From: a virus
IMG/VR virus record: IMGVR_UViG_3300017991_000003
Location: 128,001-192,000 of that record
Reading direction: 5' to 3' (one strand)
Length of the DNA: 64,000 nucleotides
In this document: positions 8,789 to 17,805 of the stretch, piece by piece
Layout of the letters: each line of letters begins with the position of its first letter
Position numbering within the stretch: the first letter of the stretch is position 1
Translations under genes and position numbers: made by a program
Notes under the pieces: generated by a model
The model's database searches: none
What the model was told of the DNA's origin: nothing
What the model saw: the letters and a program-made list of their open reading frames with translations, nothing else

Positions 8789-9547
8789 ATGAAGCGACTG
8801 ATCTACCAGGTCTGCGTTGGCCCGCCTGACCCGCTCTACGACAAGTGCACGCGCACTGTTGCGGCCTACTGCAAGCGCCTCGGCATCGCGTACATCAAGC
8901 AGACCGAGCCGGTCCTGAAGATCCGCCCGAACCCCGCTACGAGCGGGAGAAGCCAGAACGCTGTTGAACGACTAGGGTACCTGCCGATCTTCGAGAAGGA
9001 GAACGCACTCGCCCACCTTGGTGAGTTCGATCAGGTGGCCATTATCGACTCCGATATCTGGATCAGGGAGGAGGCACCCAACATCTTCGAGGAGCTCGAG
9101 GAGGGTGTTGACTTCATGGGGGTGGTCGAGCGAACCGCACCCATCACGCCGCAGTATGATCGGAAGCTCAAGAGCTACGCGCGCGGCCAGTACGGTCGTC
9201 CGGACTTCCCCTTCATGAACATGGGGCTCATGCTCATGAACAAGAGCCTGCGCCGCTTCTGCCCCGAGCCTCCTCGGGAGTTTCTGGCGCGTCCGGAGTT
9301 CCAGGCCTTCGTGGATGGGCGGGGGGCCTACAAGTGGAGCACGGACCAGACCCTGCTCAACACCTGGTTGACCAGCGATCCCGACATGGTCGTGAAGCCT
9401 CTCGACTGGCGGTGGAACGCCCTGTACGGGGCGCTGGTGCCCGGGTCGATAGAACAGGCCCACTTCGTTCACTTCTTCCTCAAGAACCACCTGGATAGCC
9501 AGGATCCCGACAAGCTCCTTCAGACACAAGGCCGCAAACGCGTTTAG
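8789..9547 (+). CDS. putative glycosyltransferase (GT8-like, nucleotide-diphospho-sugar transferase)
   Basis: AIIDSDIW (DxD), STDQTLLNTWL (DQxxLN-like) and C-terminal HFVHFF, as in GT8-type enzymes. Confidence 0.55.
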   Translation: MKRLIYQVCVGPPDPLYDKCTRTVAAYCKRLGIAYIKQTEPVLKIRPNPATSGRSQNAVERLGYLPIFEKENALAHLGEFDQVAIIDSDIWIREEAPNIFEELEEGVDFMGVVERTAPITPQYDRKLKSYARGQYGRPDFPFMNMGLMLMNKSLRRFCPEPPREFLARPEFQAFVDGRGAYKWSTDQTLLNTWLTSDPDMVVKPLDWRWNALYGALVPGSIEQAHFVHFFLKNHLDSQDPDKLLQTQGRKRV

Positions 9548-9551
9548 CCCC

Positions 9552-10229
9552 ATGAGCAAAGTACCACCCCTATTCATTCACGTACCGAAGACCGGTGGCA
9601 TGTCCGTGCACCATGGACTAGGCCGCCTGATCCGAGAGACGCTGTCTCGAGACAAGCTGAAGTCTCTGGACTACGCGGCGACGATCGAGCAGCACATGCG
9701 CTCCAAGGGTGAGCCTACTCCGGGGTACCGTCATGCCCGGTGGCGTGACGTCAAGCCGGGGTGGCGGGATAAGGGCCGCTGTTTCACGGTGCTGCGCAAT
9801 CCGTGGTCCCGTGTGGTCAGTCGCTACCGGTTCGGACTCAATACCTGGGCGACGCGTCCCTACAACTACACGAACTTCGAGGAGTTTCTTGCGGAGCATG
9901 AGGAGTGGGGCCAAGAGCCGTACTACTGGCACCGCGCCGTGCGGGGCTGGTACCCTGCGGTGGATCACGTGACGGACGGCCAGGGCAACCTCAAGTGCGA
10001 TGTTCTGCGTACGGAGCACCTGGACGATGACATCTGGGCCTACTTCGGGAAGCGGCTACCTCCGCGCCGACGCAACGTCACGCGCGGCGATGCCGTGGAC
10101 TACAAGACCTTCTACGACGATCGAACCATCCAGCTGGTGGCAGACTGGTATGCCGAGGACATTGAGATGTTCGGCTTTGACTTCGACACGCCGGCGACGA
10201 AGAACCTGTGGGAGGGCCTAGGAGCATGA
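9552..10229 (+). CDS. sulfotransferase-family protein
   Basis: N-terminal FIHVPKTGG (5'-phosphosulfate-binding type motif) and VLRNPWSRVVSRY (3'-phosphate-binding RxPxxRxxS type motif). Confidence 0.7.
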   Translation: MSKVPPLFIHVPKTGGMSVHHGLGRLIRETLSRDKLKSLDYAATIEQHMRSKGEPTPGYRHARWRDVKPGWRDKGRCFTVLRNPWSRVVSRYRFGLNTWATRPYNYTNFEEFLAEHEEWGQEPYYWHRAVRGWYPAVDHVTDGQGNLKCDVLRTEHLDDDIWAYFGKRLPPRRRNVTRGDAVDYKTFYDDRTIQLVADWYAEDIEMFGFDFDTPATKNLWEGLGA

Positions 10230-10783
10230 TGGTTGGCAAGAACCAGGGCAGTCTCCTGGTTGTGCAGCAGATCCCAGAGAACAGCGTGGGTGCCGAGCTC
10301 GGCGTCTGGCGCGGGGACACATCAGCCCGCTTCCTAGCTAGCGGTAAGATCAAGCACTTGCACCTGGTGGATGCTTGGAGTCCCGACCCTTACTACGGCA
10401 TCGAAGGCTACCGAGAGAAGTACGCCAAGCTGGTCGGATCGGGTGATCTCGACGCCTTTCGCGCCTACTACGACGCGGTCCTAGCCGGTGTCCGCAGGCG
10501 GTTTCAAGGCCAGCCCGTTACGATCCACCAAACCACTGTGCACGAGTTTCTGACTGAGCCCCCGGAGGATCTCGACTGGGTCTACGTGGACGCGAGTCAC
10601 GAGTACCTCGACGTCCTTGATGATCTCGAGCGCTGTGCCCGTCACGTGGATCTGATCTTTGGGGATGACTACGGCAACAAGCCAGGGGTGGTTCGCGCTG
10701 TCGACGAGTTTGATCGGACGCACCCCGAGTGGCACCTCCAGGTCCTGGGCAAGAACCAGTACCGCCTCGATAGGAAGGTCTGA
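10226..10783 (+). CDS. class I SAM-dependent methyltransferase (TylF/macrocin-O-MT-like)
   Basis: GAELGVWRGDTSARFL glycine-rich SAM-binding region and VYVDASHEY; ATG overlaps upstream stop (ATGA). Confidence 0.6.
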   Translation: MMVGKNQGSLLVVQQIPENSVGAELGVWRGDTSARFLASGKIKHLHLVDAWSPDPYYGIEGYREKYAKLVGSGDLDAFRAYYDAVLAGVRRRFQGQPVTIHQTTVHEFLTEPPEDLDWVYVDASHEYLDVLDDLERCARHVDLIFGDDYGNKPGVVRAVDEFDRTHPEWHLQVLGKNQYRLDRKV

Positions 10784-11289
10784 TGCACCCATCAAGCAAG
10801 GCCAATATGAGGGAGGCCTGGGCACTCGTTCCCGACCCCCACCGCGTCGGGGACGTCCTTGATGTAGGCGGCGGTCGTGGCGGGGAATACCAGGAAATCT
10901 GGAAAGGGTGTGCTAGCTACCGAACGGCTGACATTGCAGGTGACTGCGACCTCTTGATGCCTGGTGAGTACGAGATTCCACTTCCGGATGATTCGATCGA
11001 TGTGGTGATTAGCGGCCAGACACTGGAGCATGTCCGCAACCCTTTCCGCCTCGTCACCGAGATGCGCCGGGTACTGAAGCCCGGTGGCTACGTGGTGATC
11101 ATCGCCCCGTCCGCGGGCCCGGCCCATTTCAAGATCGACTGCTGGCGCTTCGTCCGGGATGCGTTCCGGGCCATCGCCCACGAGTGCGATCTAGAGGTTG
11201 TTGCCGATTGGATCTATACCGGGGACTCTGGCCGAGGTCCTAACAAGCAGTGGAACGATCACACCTTCGTGGGGAGGAAGCCCGAGTGA
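10783..11289 (+). CDS. class I SAM-dependent methyltransferase
   Basis: VLDVGGGRG (motif I) and LKPGGYVVI (post-I) motifs; start overlaps upstream stop by 1 nt. Confidence 0.65.
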   Translation: MHPSSKANMREAWALVPDPHRVGDVLDVGGGRGGEYQEIWKGCASYRTADIAGDCDLLMPGEYEIPLPDDSIDVVISGQTLEHVRNPFRLVTEMRRVLKPGGYVVIIAPSAGPAHFKIDCWRFVRDAFRAIAHECDLEVVADWIYTGDSGRGPNKQWNDHTFVGRKPE

Positions 11290-11987
11290 ATGCGTATGCC
11301 ATCACGCTCTTCGGTAACGAGACCAGCACCCAGAGCGTTGACAAGCTCTTTGAGTCCCATGTGGCGCTTGAGCAGCATTTCGATCTGATCCGCTTCCCGG
11401 CCATCACTCCTGACCAGAACCAGGAGATCATGGCGGAGGAGCGCCTGGTGTGGACCTATCCCTGGGAAAACAACCGGCTGGATGGGATCACTGGCTTGAA
11501 GCTGCATCCCTACGCCACACGTGATCGGGGTGCGCGGATCGCCTGCTTCCTATCGCACTACCACCTCTGGAAGCTGGCCTGCGAGACTGGGGAGTGGGTG
11601 ATGATCCTGGAGGACGACACGGTATTCACCAAGCACCTAGACCTAGACAGCCTGCCTTACCGTGAGTGGAGCGCCGTCGGCATCAACAACCCACTAGGGG
11701 CGACGCGTCGAGCGCCTGTGTTCCACGACAAGGTCGTGGCGCAGCGTCCGACTCCGATCATCGAGACCCCGTGGGTTGATGATGAAGTCAGGACCCCGCA
11801 GGGGCTGGCCGGCCACAGTGCCTACATGATCAGCCCTGAGCTGGCTAAGGACCTGATCCATCGAGCCCGTCATGCGGGTTGCTGGCCTAACGACGCATTG
11901 ATGTGCAAGCAGCTGTACCCTGGGAAGCTCGGGGTCACAACCGAGTTCTACACCCGAGTCCAGCAGACCCCGAGTACTCTGGCATGA
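11286..11987 (+). CDS. glycosyltransferase family 25-like (LPS-type glycosyltransferase)
   Basis: GTG start giving VNAYAITLFG...; ACFLSHYHLWKL and ILEDDTVF resemble the GT25 signature; GTGA overlap with upstream stop. Confidence 0.6.
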   Translation: MNAYAITLFGNETSTQSVDKLFESHVALEQHFDLIRFPAITPDQNQEIMAEERLVWTYPWENNRLDGITGLKLHPYATRDRGARIACFLSHYHLWKLACETGEWVMILEDDTVFTKHLDLDSLPYREWSAVGINNPLGATRRAPVFHDKVVAQRPTPIIETPWVDDEVRTPQGLAGHSAYMISPELAKDLIHRARHAGCWPNDALMCKQLYPGKLGVTTEFYTRVQQTPSTLA

Positions 11988-12646
11988 AGGCGCGCGTCAT
12001 CACCCTGATCCACAACAAGCGATCTGTTCAGGTAGCGAATCGGTGCATTGAGAGCGCTGCAAGGTTCGGCGTTGAGGTTGATATCTTCCCGGCCATCAGG
12101 GCGGCGGATAACCCCAAGGCCCTGATGTTCGAGCGGAAGTTCTCGATGAAGGGGTTTGAGGACAATGAGTACTCGCGTCTTGAGCCGTGCCTGGCTACGT
12201 TCCTCTCCCACTCTCGCCTATGGGAGCTTGCGGTGCTGCTAAAGGAGGCAGTCCTGATCCTCGAGCACGACGCTGTGTTCCAGGCTCCGCTCCCGGAGAT
12301 GATCGAGGAGCGGGTGAAGATGCTCTGCAATCTGGGCAAACCGAGCTTCGGCTCCTTCAAGACCCCGAAAGAGGGGCTAGGCCCGTTCGTGTCCAAGCCC
12401 GGCGGCTATCTAGGCGGCGCCCACGCGTACCTGGTCCAGCCTGAGGCCGCTGAGGTGATGTTGGAGAAGGCCAAGACAGAGGCGGAGCCGGCCGATGTGT
12501 TCATCCAGAAGAAGCGCTTCCCCTGGATGACTGAGTACTACCCGTGGCCGGTGATCTGCGATGACTCCTTCTCCACCATCCAGAAGCCCGCAGGTTGCAC
12601 GGCCAAGCACAACAAGGTCGAGATCATCGATCAGGATGAATCGTGA
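11984..12646 (+). CDS. glycosyltransferase family 25-like, paralog of the preceding gene
   Basis: MKARVITLIHNKRS...ATFLSHSRLWEL...ILEHDAVF; ATGA overlap with upstream stop. Confidence 0.6.
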   Translation: MKARVITLIHNKRSVQVANRCIESAARFGVEVDIFPAIRAADNPKALMFERKFSMKGFEDNEYSRLEPCLATFLSHSRLWELAVLLKEAVLILEHDAVFQAPLPEMIEERVKMLCNLGKPSFGSFKTPKEGLGPFVSKPGGYLGGAHAYLVQPEAAEVMLEKAKTEAEPADVFIQKKRFPWMTEYYPWPVICDDSFSTIQKPAGCTAKHNKVEIIDQDES

Positions 12647-12879
12647 GGCTGCTAAGTCGCGCCTACTGGGCGGAGGTCGTCGAGTGCGACTACTGCCCTA
12701 ATCCTGAAGAACCGCCCGCGCTTGTTTGTGGTGTCTGCGGCGATACGGGGAAAGCCCCGCGATGGCGTCGGGCTTGGCGCGATGTCTTCCGGTGTAGTGC
12801 TCTGGTGGGCCATCCTGATAGGAGCCCTGCTTGTGGGGGCGTTGGCTCAGTAAAAACAACGCGTTGTTTTGTCGGGTAG
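12643..12879 (+). CDS. questionable small Cys-rich ORF (CxxC...CxxC)
   Basis: GTG-initiated ORF that reads through the first terminator palindrome; more AT-ending codons than neighbours; may be non-coding. Confidence 0.2.
   Translation: MRLLSRAYWAEVVECDYCPNPEEPPALVCGVCGDTGKAPRWRRAWRDVFRCSALVGHPDRSPACGGVGSVKTTRCFVG
12852..12869. terminator. perfect 18-bp palindrome AAAACAACGCGTTGTTTT (bidirectional intrinsic terminator candidate)
   Basis: Perfect palindrome with A-run and T-run flanks, at the convergence point of the rightward operon and the leftward block. Confidence 0.55.
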
Positions 12880-12883
12880 GTAG

Positions 12884-12903
12884 CTAAAACAACGTGTTGT
12901 TAG
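12884..12903. terminator. second near-palindrome CTAAAACAACGTGTTGTTAG
   Basis: Near-perfect palindrome 15 nt downstream of the first; tandem hairpins between convergent units. Confidence 0.45.
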
Positions 12904-12939
12904 GCACCCCAGCGCCCGAGGGCGCCGGGGGCCTGGTTC

Positions 12940-13197
12940 TCAGGGGCGGAGCCGCAGCCCCCGAGAGGTGACCAGCACCTTACGGTGCGGGACCTTGGGG
13001 AGCTTCGGCAGGGGCGGGAGGTCGACGTCGGTGTCGACGACCGCCTCCACCAGGGACTCGCCGTCCGCCCCGCTGATGTGGAGGCGGCGGTGCTCGCTGT
13101 TCTCGGTCACGTGGACCGAGCCCAGCGGGGTTTTGACCTTGGCGATGGTTCGCTCGGGGGCGATCCACGCCAAGATCTCGTCGAAGAACCCCATCAC
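12940..13197 (-). CDS. hypothetical protein (85 aa)
   Basis: Track ORF; last gene of leftward block before the terminators. Confidence 0.45.
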   Translation of the reverse strand: MMGFFDEILAWIAPERTIAKVKTPLGSVHVTENSEHRRLHISGADGESLVEAVVDTDVDLPPLPKLPKVPHRKVLVTSRGLRLRP

Positions 13198-13376
13198 TTG
13201 CAGAGCAGCGGGTTCTTCCCCCGCTGCTTGATGCGGCGCACCCTCGCGCGGAGGGTGTGCTCGATGGAGAGGGGCTGCCCGCGGAGGCGGGAGGTGACGG
13301 CGATGTCTAGGCCGCGCATGGGGGAGATCTTCCCCCGGCGGACCTTGAGCATCACCTGGCGACTGAGATTGCTCAT
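13194..13376 (-). CDS. hypothetical small basic protein (60 aa)
   Basis: Track ORF; 4-nt overlaps at both ends with neighbours. Confidence 0.4.
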   Translation of the reverse strand: MSNLSRQVMLKVRRGKISPMRGLDIAVTSRLRGQPLSIEHTLRARVRRIKQRGKNPLLCK

Positions 13377-13573
13377 GTGGTCAGGTGGTCGGCGAAGGCC
13401 CAGGTGACGGCCTCCGCGAAGTTGGGGGTGAGGGTGGCGTAGCCCGTCTCTACGTGGGAGACGTGGGACTGACTGAACCCGATACGCGCAGCGAACTGCG
13501 CTTGGGACAGGCCCAGCCCCTTCCTGATCCAGCGGACCAGGCGGGGGCTGAGCTCGACGGTGGTGGCGATCAC
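13373..13573 (-). CDS. XRE-family helix-turn-helix transcriptional regulator (66 aa)
   Basis: LGLSQAQFAARIGFSQSHVSHVETG matches the Cro/C1-type HTH pattern. Confidence 0.65.
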   Translation of the reverse strand: MIATTVELSPRLVRWIRKGLGLSQAQFAARIGFSQSHVSHVETGYATLTPNFAEAVTWAFADHLTT

Positions 13574-13857
13574 GACGCCTCCTCCGCGTCCGCCCAGGCT
13601 CGGGCGATCTGACGCATGGGAGCCCTCTGGGAGAGGGGCCGGACGGTCACGAGAGTGATGAGACGCTTGTGGCCGATCGTGATGAGCGGCTGCTCGTAGC
13701 CGCCCCGCGAGGCGGCCTCACGCACCTTCTTTTTGAAGGTGGTGAGCTGCGGGCTGTGAGCAGGCAGGCCGATCAGGGATTGACCTACTTCCTCGAACAC
13801 CTCGCAGATGACCTCGGGCATGAGGGGCCGCAGCGGTTCTCGCATGGGGTTCTTCAT
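13570..13857 (-). CDS. hypothetical protein (95 aa, MKNPMREPL...)
   Basis: Internal ATG of track ORF 13570..14244; upstream part is an Arg-rich read-through across the next gene. Confidence 0.45.
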   Translation of the reverse strand: MKNPMREPLRPLMPEVICEVFEEVGQSLIGLPAHSPQLTTFKKKVREAASRGGYEQPLITIGHKRLITLVTVRPLSQRAPMRQIARAWADAEEAS

Positions 13858-14198
13858 CGGATCTCGAACCCCAGCTTTTCGGCGAGTTCGACCGTGGCGG
13901 TGCGGCTCGTGTGGTGGCGGGAGAACGCCACCTCGCCGGTGGCGAGGTCCACGTACCAGCGGTTGCCGCCGCCAATGCCGTAGATCGTCACGTGACCGGA
14001 CTGGCCACGCATACGCAGGGCGTGGCCCCACGTGTATTGAGAGGACTCGGGGTCCTCGATGGAGTCCATCTGGCTCAGGAGCCAGGCGACCCCGTTTGCG
14101 TCGCGGCGCTCCTCGTCGTAGGTCGACGAGAAGCCCTCGACTTCTGCCATGTCGATGAGCGTCTCGGCGCTCATGATACGACCGGTCAGGGTGGTCAT
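13854..14198 (-). CDS. hypothetical protein (114 aa)
   Basis: Track ORF; preceded by the conserved 42-nt leader and the GKCATRAGTC motif. Confidence 0.55.
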   Translation of the reverse strand: MTTLTGRIMSAETLIDMAEVEGFSSTYDEERRDANGVAWLLSQMDSIEDPESSQYTWGHALRMRGQSGHVTIYGIGGGNRWYVDLATGEVAFSRHHTSRTATVELAEKLGFEIR

Positions 14199-14258
14199 GG
14201 TGTTGGGTGGTGAGGGTGTCTCCGGGTAGACATCCCCGGATCATTAGACTTATGCCCT
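14199..14258 (-). promoter_or_regulatory. shared leader (copy 1 of 42-nt direct repeat) plus GKCATRAGTC motif copy 2
   Basis: 42 nt identical to 15869..15910; contains TCCGGG/CCCGGA inverted repeat; GGCATAAGTC (minus) at ~14248-14257. Confidence 0.5.
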
Positions 14259-14357
14259 AACCTCTCCCCCTCCTGGCGCTTTTGGTCCATACTGGGGGCA
14301 CAACTTGACGCCCTTCGGGGCCGTCTCCCACGGATAACACAACTCCAGGAGAAGAGC

Positions 14358-15062
14358 ATGCTGCTCAACAACTTCAGCGTCCGCGTGCCTGAGGGACGCG
14401 AGCACCACCAGTACGTGGAGCTCCAGCACGACACCAAGTACAGCCTCGTCCTCGCCAACAAGAACACCGAGGACTGCGACGCCCGGGTAGAGATCGATGG
14501 GCAGGCTGTTGGGACCTGGCGGATCAAGGCCAAGTCCACGGTCCGGCTCGAGAGGCCGGTTGACTCGGAGGGTAGGTTTACCTTCTACAAACAAGGCACC
14601 GAGGAGGCGAGCAAGGCTCAGCTCGAGGCAGTCGGCGAGGACAAGCTCGGCCTGGTCTGCGTGTGGTTCACCCCGGCTAAGCGACAGCAGGTACCGCAGT
14701 GGATCAGTACCCCGCAGTGGGGCAGTCACTACCCGTCGCCTACGCCCCCGCCGATCCCCTTGGATTACCAAGTCGACTGCAACACGATCCAGACGGCTTT
14801 CTTCTGCGCGAGCTCTGCGGATATGCCTTCGATGAGCCAGAAGAGCGTGGGCTCGATCACGCGAGAGGCGCGCCTTATGTCTTCAGGAGGCACGGGCCTC
14901 TCGGGTAAGAGCACACAGCAGTTCGTTGAGGCTCAAGAGCTCGACCTAGACATGGATCGACAGACCTTCATCGCCCTGCGCCTCGTGTGCGTGGAGAAGG
15001 AGGAGTCGGACATCCGTCCTCTGGTGCAGCGAGCCACCCCTGTACCGCCGCCCCTGAAGTGA
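14358..15062 (+). CDS. hypothetical protein (234 aa)
   Basis: Isolated rightward ORF with SD-like AGGAGAAG upstream; Pro-rich central segment. Confidence 0.55.
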   Translation: MLLNNFSVRVPEGREHHQYVELQHDTKYSLVLANKNTEDCDARVEIDGQAVGTWRIKAKSTVRLERPVDSEGRFTFYKQGTEEASKAQLEAVGEDKLGLVCVWFTPAKRQQVPQWISTPQWGSHYPSPTPPPIPLDYQVDCNTIQTAFFCASSADMPSMSQKSVGSITREARLMSSGGTGLSGKSTQQFVEAQELDLDMDRQTFIALRLVCVEKEESDIRPLVQRATPVPPPLK

Positions 15063-15075
15063 GGCAAAAAAGAAG

Positions 15076-15105
15076 GCTGGCACTGGCTCCCAGTGTCAGT
15101 CTTCT
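15076..15105 (-). terminator. copy (b) of conserved element CTGACACT-N5-CCAGTGCCA followed by T-run (leftward terminator candidate)
   Basis: Minus strand reads CTGACACTGGGAGCCAGTGCCAGCC then TTCTTTTTT; sits between convergent genes. Confidence 0.5.
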
Positions 15106-15114
15106 TCTCGCGGC

Positions 15115-15483
15115 TCACTCGGAGACGGCTCCAGCGGCTCGCATGGCCAGCGAGTGCAGGTAGTCGTACCGGTCCTTGAAGACATCGAAGGCCACAGTGC
15201 GGAGCTCGGCCTGGACCCAGGTGGCGTACTCGACCGGCGGTTCTTTCTGGATCAGCTCTTCAACGATCTCCCGAGGGAGGTAGGCGATGATCCAGTTCAT
15301 GTCGTCCACGCGTCCCCCAGATCCCGGAGGTCCGAAGCCCAGCTGGTGCACAGCGTACTGAGCGCTTTCGATGAAGTCCTCGGGAACGTCGAAGTCGTCT
15401 CGCCGGCCAGCAGCGAGCACCATGGCGGCCCAAGCCGCGTGGATACCTTGCCGGTACCCGCGCAGGTATTCGTCTTTAGTCAT
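15115..15483 (-). CDS. hypothetical protein (122 aa)
   Basis: Track ORF; 8-nt overlap with upstream gene. Confidence 0.55.
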   Translation of the reverse strand: MTKDEYLRGYRQGIHAAWAAMVLAAGRRDDFDVPEDFIESAQYAVHQLGFGPPGSGGRVDDMNWIIAYLPREIVEELIQKEPPVEYATWVQAELRTVAFDVFKDRYDYLHSLAMRAAGAVSE

Positions 15484-15868
15484 GGTTAGGAGGGGTTTGG
15501 CAGGTCTGGTAGATGCGGGCCATCTGGTCGAGCGCCGTCAACCGGATGGTGATGATCTTGCGGGCCACGTTTGCGACGGTCGCGCCACTGCCCTGCCGCA
15601 TCGACAGCTTGTGCGGCCGGGTCTGAAGGAGCTCAACGAGGTCCGTGTGAGCGAGGCGCTCGCGGAGGTCGGTGACGTACTCCGTGAGGAAGCCCTGAAG
15701 CTCCCCCGGCGGGTTGGCGGTCAGGACTGCCTTGGCCCTCGTGGGCGCGGTCCCGTCGAGCTGGCTCTGGAGGCGATCCCCGAAGGGAATCTGGGAGACC
15801 AGCTCGGCCCAGAGCCAGTCCCGGGCCAGGACCGCTGCCTGGCTGTAGATCTTGTCGGCGTGCTTCAT
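15476..15868 (-). CDS. hypothetical protein (130 aa)
   Basis: Track ORF; preceded by copy 2 of the 42-nt leader. Confidence 0.55.
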   Translation of the reverse strand: MKHADKIYSQAAVLARDWLWAELVSQIPFGDRLQSQLDGTAPTRAKAVLTANPPGELQGFLTEYVTDLRERLAHTDLVELLQTRPHKLSMRQGSGATVANVARKIITIRLTALDQMARIYQTCQTPPNHD

Positions 15869-15922
15869 GTTGGGTGGTGAGGGTGTCTCCGGGTAGACAT
15901 CCCCGGATCAAAGGACTCATGA
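15869..15922 (-). promoter_or_regulatory. shared leader (copy 2 of 42-nt direct repeat) plus variant motif GTCATGAGTC
   Basis: Identical to 14202..14244 over ~42 nt; variant of GKCATRAGTC immediately upstream. Confidence 0.5.
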
Positions 15923-16050
15923 CAGACCCAAGAGATGGGTTTGGCCCGCTAGTCCCTGGCACACATCCCGGCCTAGGCCCTAGACTTAGGACGAACCCTA
16001 AGGGCTCTTTCTGGGCCCCAAGTCCCCTTCTAACCGGATCCTGAGACACC

Positions 16051-16320
16051 ATGGACGCCGCCACTCTGTTCGAATCCCAGCTCCGCGAGAGCCTGGAGCG
16101 CCACAACACCCCCTCCATCATGGACAAGATCGCCGCTTTCCACGCGGAGCAGGGCGATCTCGTCGAAGACGTTGTTGAGGAGCTCCCCCTGGAAGACCGA
16201 CTCGCCAAGGTCGCTGAGGCCATCTCTGCTCGCCTGAACAGCGAGCCCGAGGAGCCCGAGGAGCCCGGGGAGGTCGAGGAGACCCCCGAGCAGAGCCTGC
16301 TCGAGCGCCTCCGCGGCTAG
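16051..16320 (+). CDS. hypothetical acidic protein (89 aa)
   Basis: Track ORF, first gene of the rightward structural block; Glu/Pro-rich C-terminus. Confidence 0.5.
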   Translation: MDAATLFESQLRESLERHNTPSIMDKIAAFHAEQGDLVEDVVEELPLEDRLAKVAEAISARLNSEPEEPEEPGEVEETPEQSLLERLRG

Positions 16321-16324
16321 ACCG

Positions 16325-16729
16325 GTGGATCTGGGGGTCGTTCAGGTCTCTGATCAAGTCCTGACCCCGGGCCTGGGGGACGCTCCGGTCCGGGTGTCAG
16401 GTCTTCGTGCCCTCGTACAGCAGGCGGTCATCGAGCTCATCTCGAACCCCCTGCCGGAGCGAGGGCGCGGGGCTGGGCTAGCTCAGCTCGTTGCAGCCCT
16501 GCCTCCCCAGAACCAGGCACAAGCTCGTGGCACCTTTGCGCAGGCCGTGAGCTCCGCCAAGACGCACATCTTGGCCAACCAGCGCTACGCTTCCAACCTC
16601 ACCGCGAACGAGCGGCTGCAAGACATGACCCTGCTTCGGGCCGAGCTCAATGGGCTCGTCTGGGAGATCGACATCAGGATCACCAACGTAGCCGGCGAGT
16701 CCGCCACCTTTGCCCTGCCGGTCAGCTGA
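16325..16729 (+). CDS. hypothetical protein (134 aa), GTG start
   Basis: Track ORF directly following previous stop. Confidence 0.5.
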   Translation: MDLGVVQVSDQVLTPGLGDAPVRVSGLRALVQQAVIELISNPLPERGRGAGLAQLVAALPPQNQAQARGTFAQAVSSAKTHILANQRYASNLTANERLQDMTLLRAELNGLVWEIDIRITNVAGESATFALPVS

Positions 16730-17796
16730 TGACGTCCCACAAGAGTACCCACAAGGACAAACTACCCGGCGGACTTGCGGACAAGATGCGAGATGCCGTC
16801 TTCGCGGCCTCCGCCCTCAAGGCGGGAACCAAGGTGGAGATGGAGCATACTGATGATCCGCAGCTAGCCAAGGAGGTAGCTAAGGACCATCTCGCCGAGG
16901 ATCCGCAGTACTACAAGAAGCTGCGGAAGATGGAGAAGAAGGCCGGTGGCTACGCCACCGGCTCGGTTGAGGTCGCCTCGCAGGTAGGTCGTAGGGTCTT
17001 GCCCGCCTGGAGCCGGTCGAAGAAGATTCCCGCGGGAGCGAAGCGTGCCGCAGGTATGGTTAGGCAGCAGCCGTTCGCCCCTGGTGGGAAAAACAGCCTG
17101 ATCCCCGCTTCGTCGACGACTCGCAAGCCGCTCCCGACCTTCACCTCGACATCCAAGCCGATGAGCATGGCCAAGGCCGCGATGCTGCAAGGCATGGTGA
17201 ACACGCTGGCTAAAGAGGCGGGGTGGGTGGATAAGCTCAAAGGCGGAGCCAAGAAGGCTCCCGGTGTGATCGCCCGAGAGGGCGCAGGCATCGCAACGTG
17301 GGGAGTCGGGGAAGGGGTGGCCAACAAGCTCATTCCCCGGTGGAAGCCCCCGACCCCGCGCGTGAAAGTGGCTGGGGTTGATAAGGAGGCCATCCTTCAG
17401 GCCTTGCTATGGGCGCCGGCCCTGTATGAAGGGGCCAAGGCCGCCGGCCGCGTAGCGGCTAAACCGTTCAAATCCCTCAAGCGTGGGCTAGCCCCGAAGA
17501 GCCCCAAGATCCAAGGACCGCACCCTGAAGTGCGCGCTGCGAACACCCCTGAGGTGGCTAAGGTCGCGGTATGGGGGACGCTCGCCCGTGTGGCTACTAA
17601 GCTGGCCCCTCGATTGGCTAAGGTGGCTCCGAAGACGAGTGCCCGTCTAGCGACGGCTACGCCGCAATCTACCAAGGCGCTCGCAGGACGCGCCGGTAAG
17701 GCGGCTGCTAGGGATGCGGCGCTGGGAGCCGGTACGATGGGCGCAGCTAACGCGGCAAGCCACGTGGCCCGACCGAAACGCCCTAACCCTCTGTAG
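16729..17796 (+). CDS. hypothetical Lys/Ala-rich basic protein (355 aa), possible internal virion or DNA-associated protein
   Basis: Track ORF; low-complexity K/A/P-rich C-terminal half; start overlaps upstream stop. Confidence 0.6.
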   Translation: MTSHKSTHKDKLPGGLADKMRDAVFAASALKAGTKVEMEHTDDPQLAKEVAKDHLAEDPQYYKKLRKMEKKAGGYATGSVEVASQVGRRVLPAWSRSKKIPAGAKRAAGMVRQQPFAPGGKNSLIPASSTTRKPLPTFTSTSKPMSMAKAAMLQGMVNTLAKEAGWVDKLKGGAKKAPGVIAREGAGIATWGVGEGVANKLIPRWKPPTPRVKVAGVDKEAILQALLWAPALYEGAKAAGRVAAKPFKSLKRGLAPKSPKIQGPHPEVRAANTPEVAKVAVWGTLARVATKLAPRLAKVAPKTSARLATATPQSTKALAGRAGKAAARDAALGAGTMGAANAASHVARPKRPNPL

Positions 17797-17805
17797 GGAT
17801 TAGAG

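Noticed and set aside
15935-15955. Sigma-54-like TGGCAC element upstream of the structural operon
   Set aside because: TGGCAC is present but the downstream -12 TTGC element at the correct spacing is missing.
15960-15990. Plus-strand sequence TAGACTTAGGACG resembling the GACTTATGCC motif
   Set aside because: Only a partial match, in the opposite orientation to the four leftward copies, and not at a comparable distance from a gene start.
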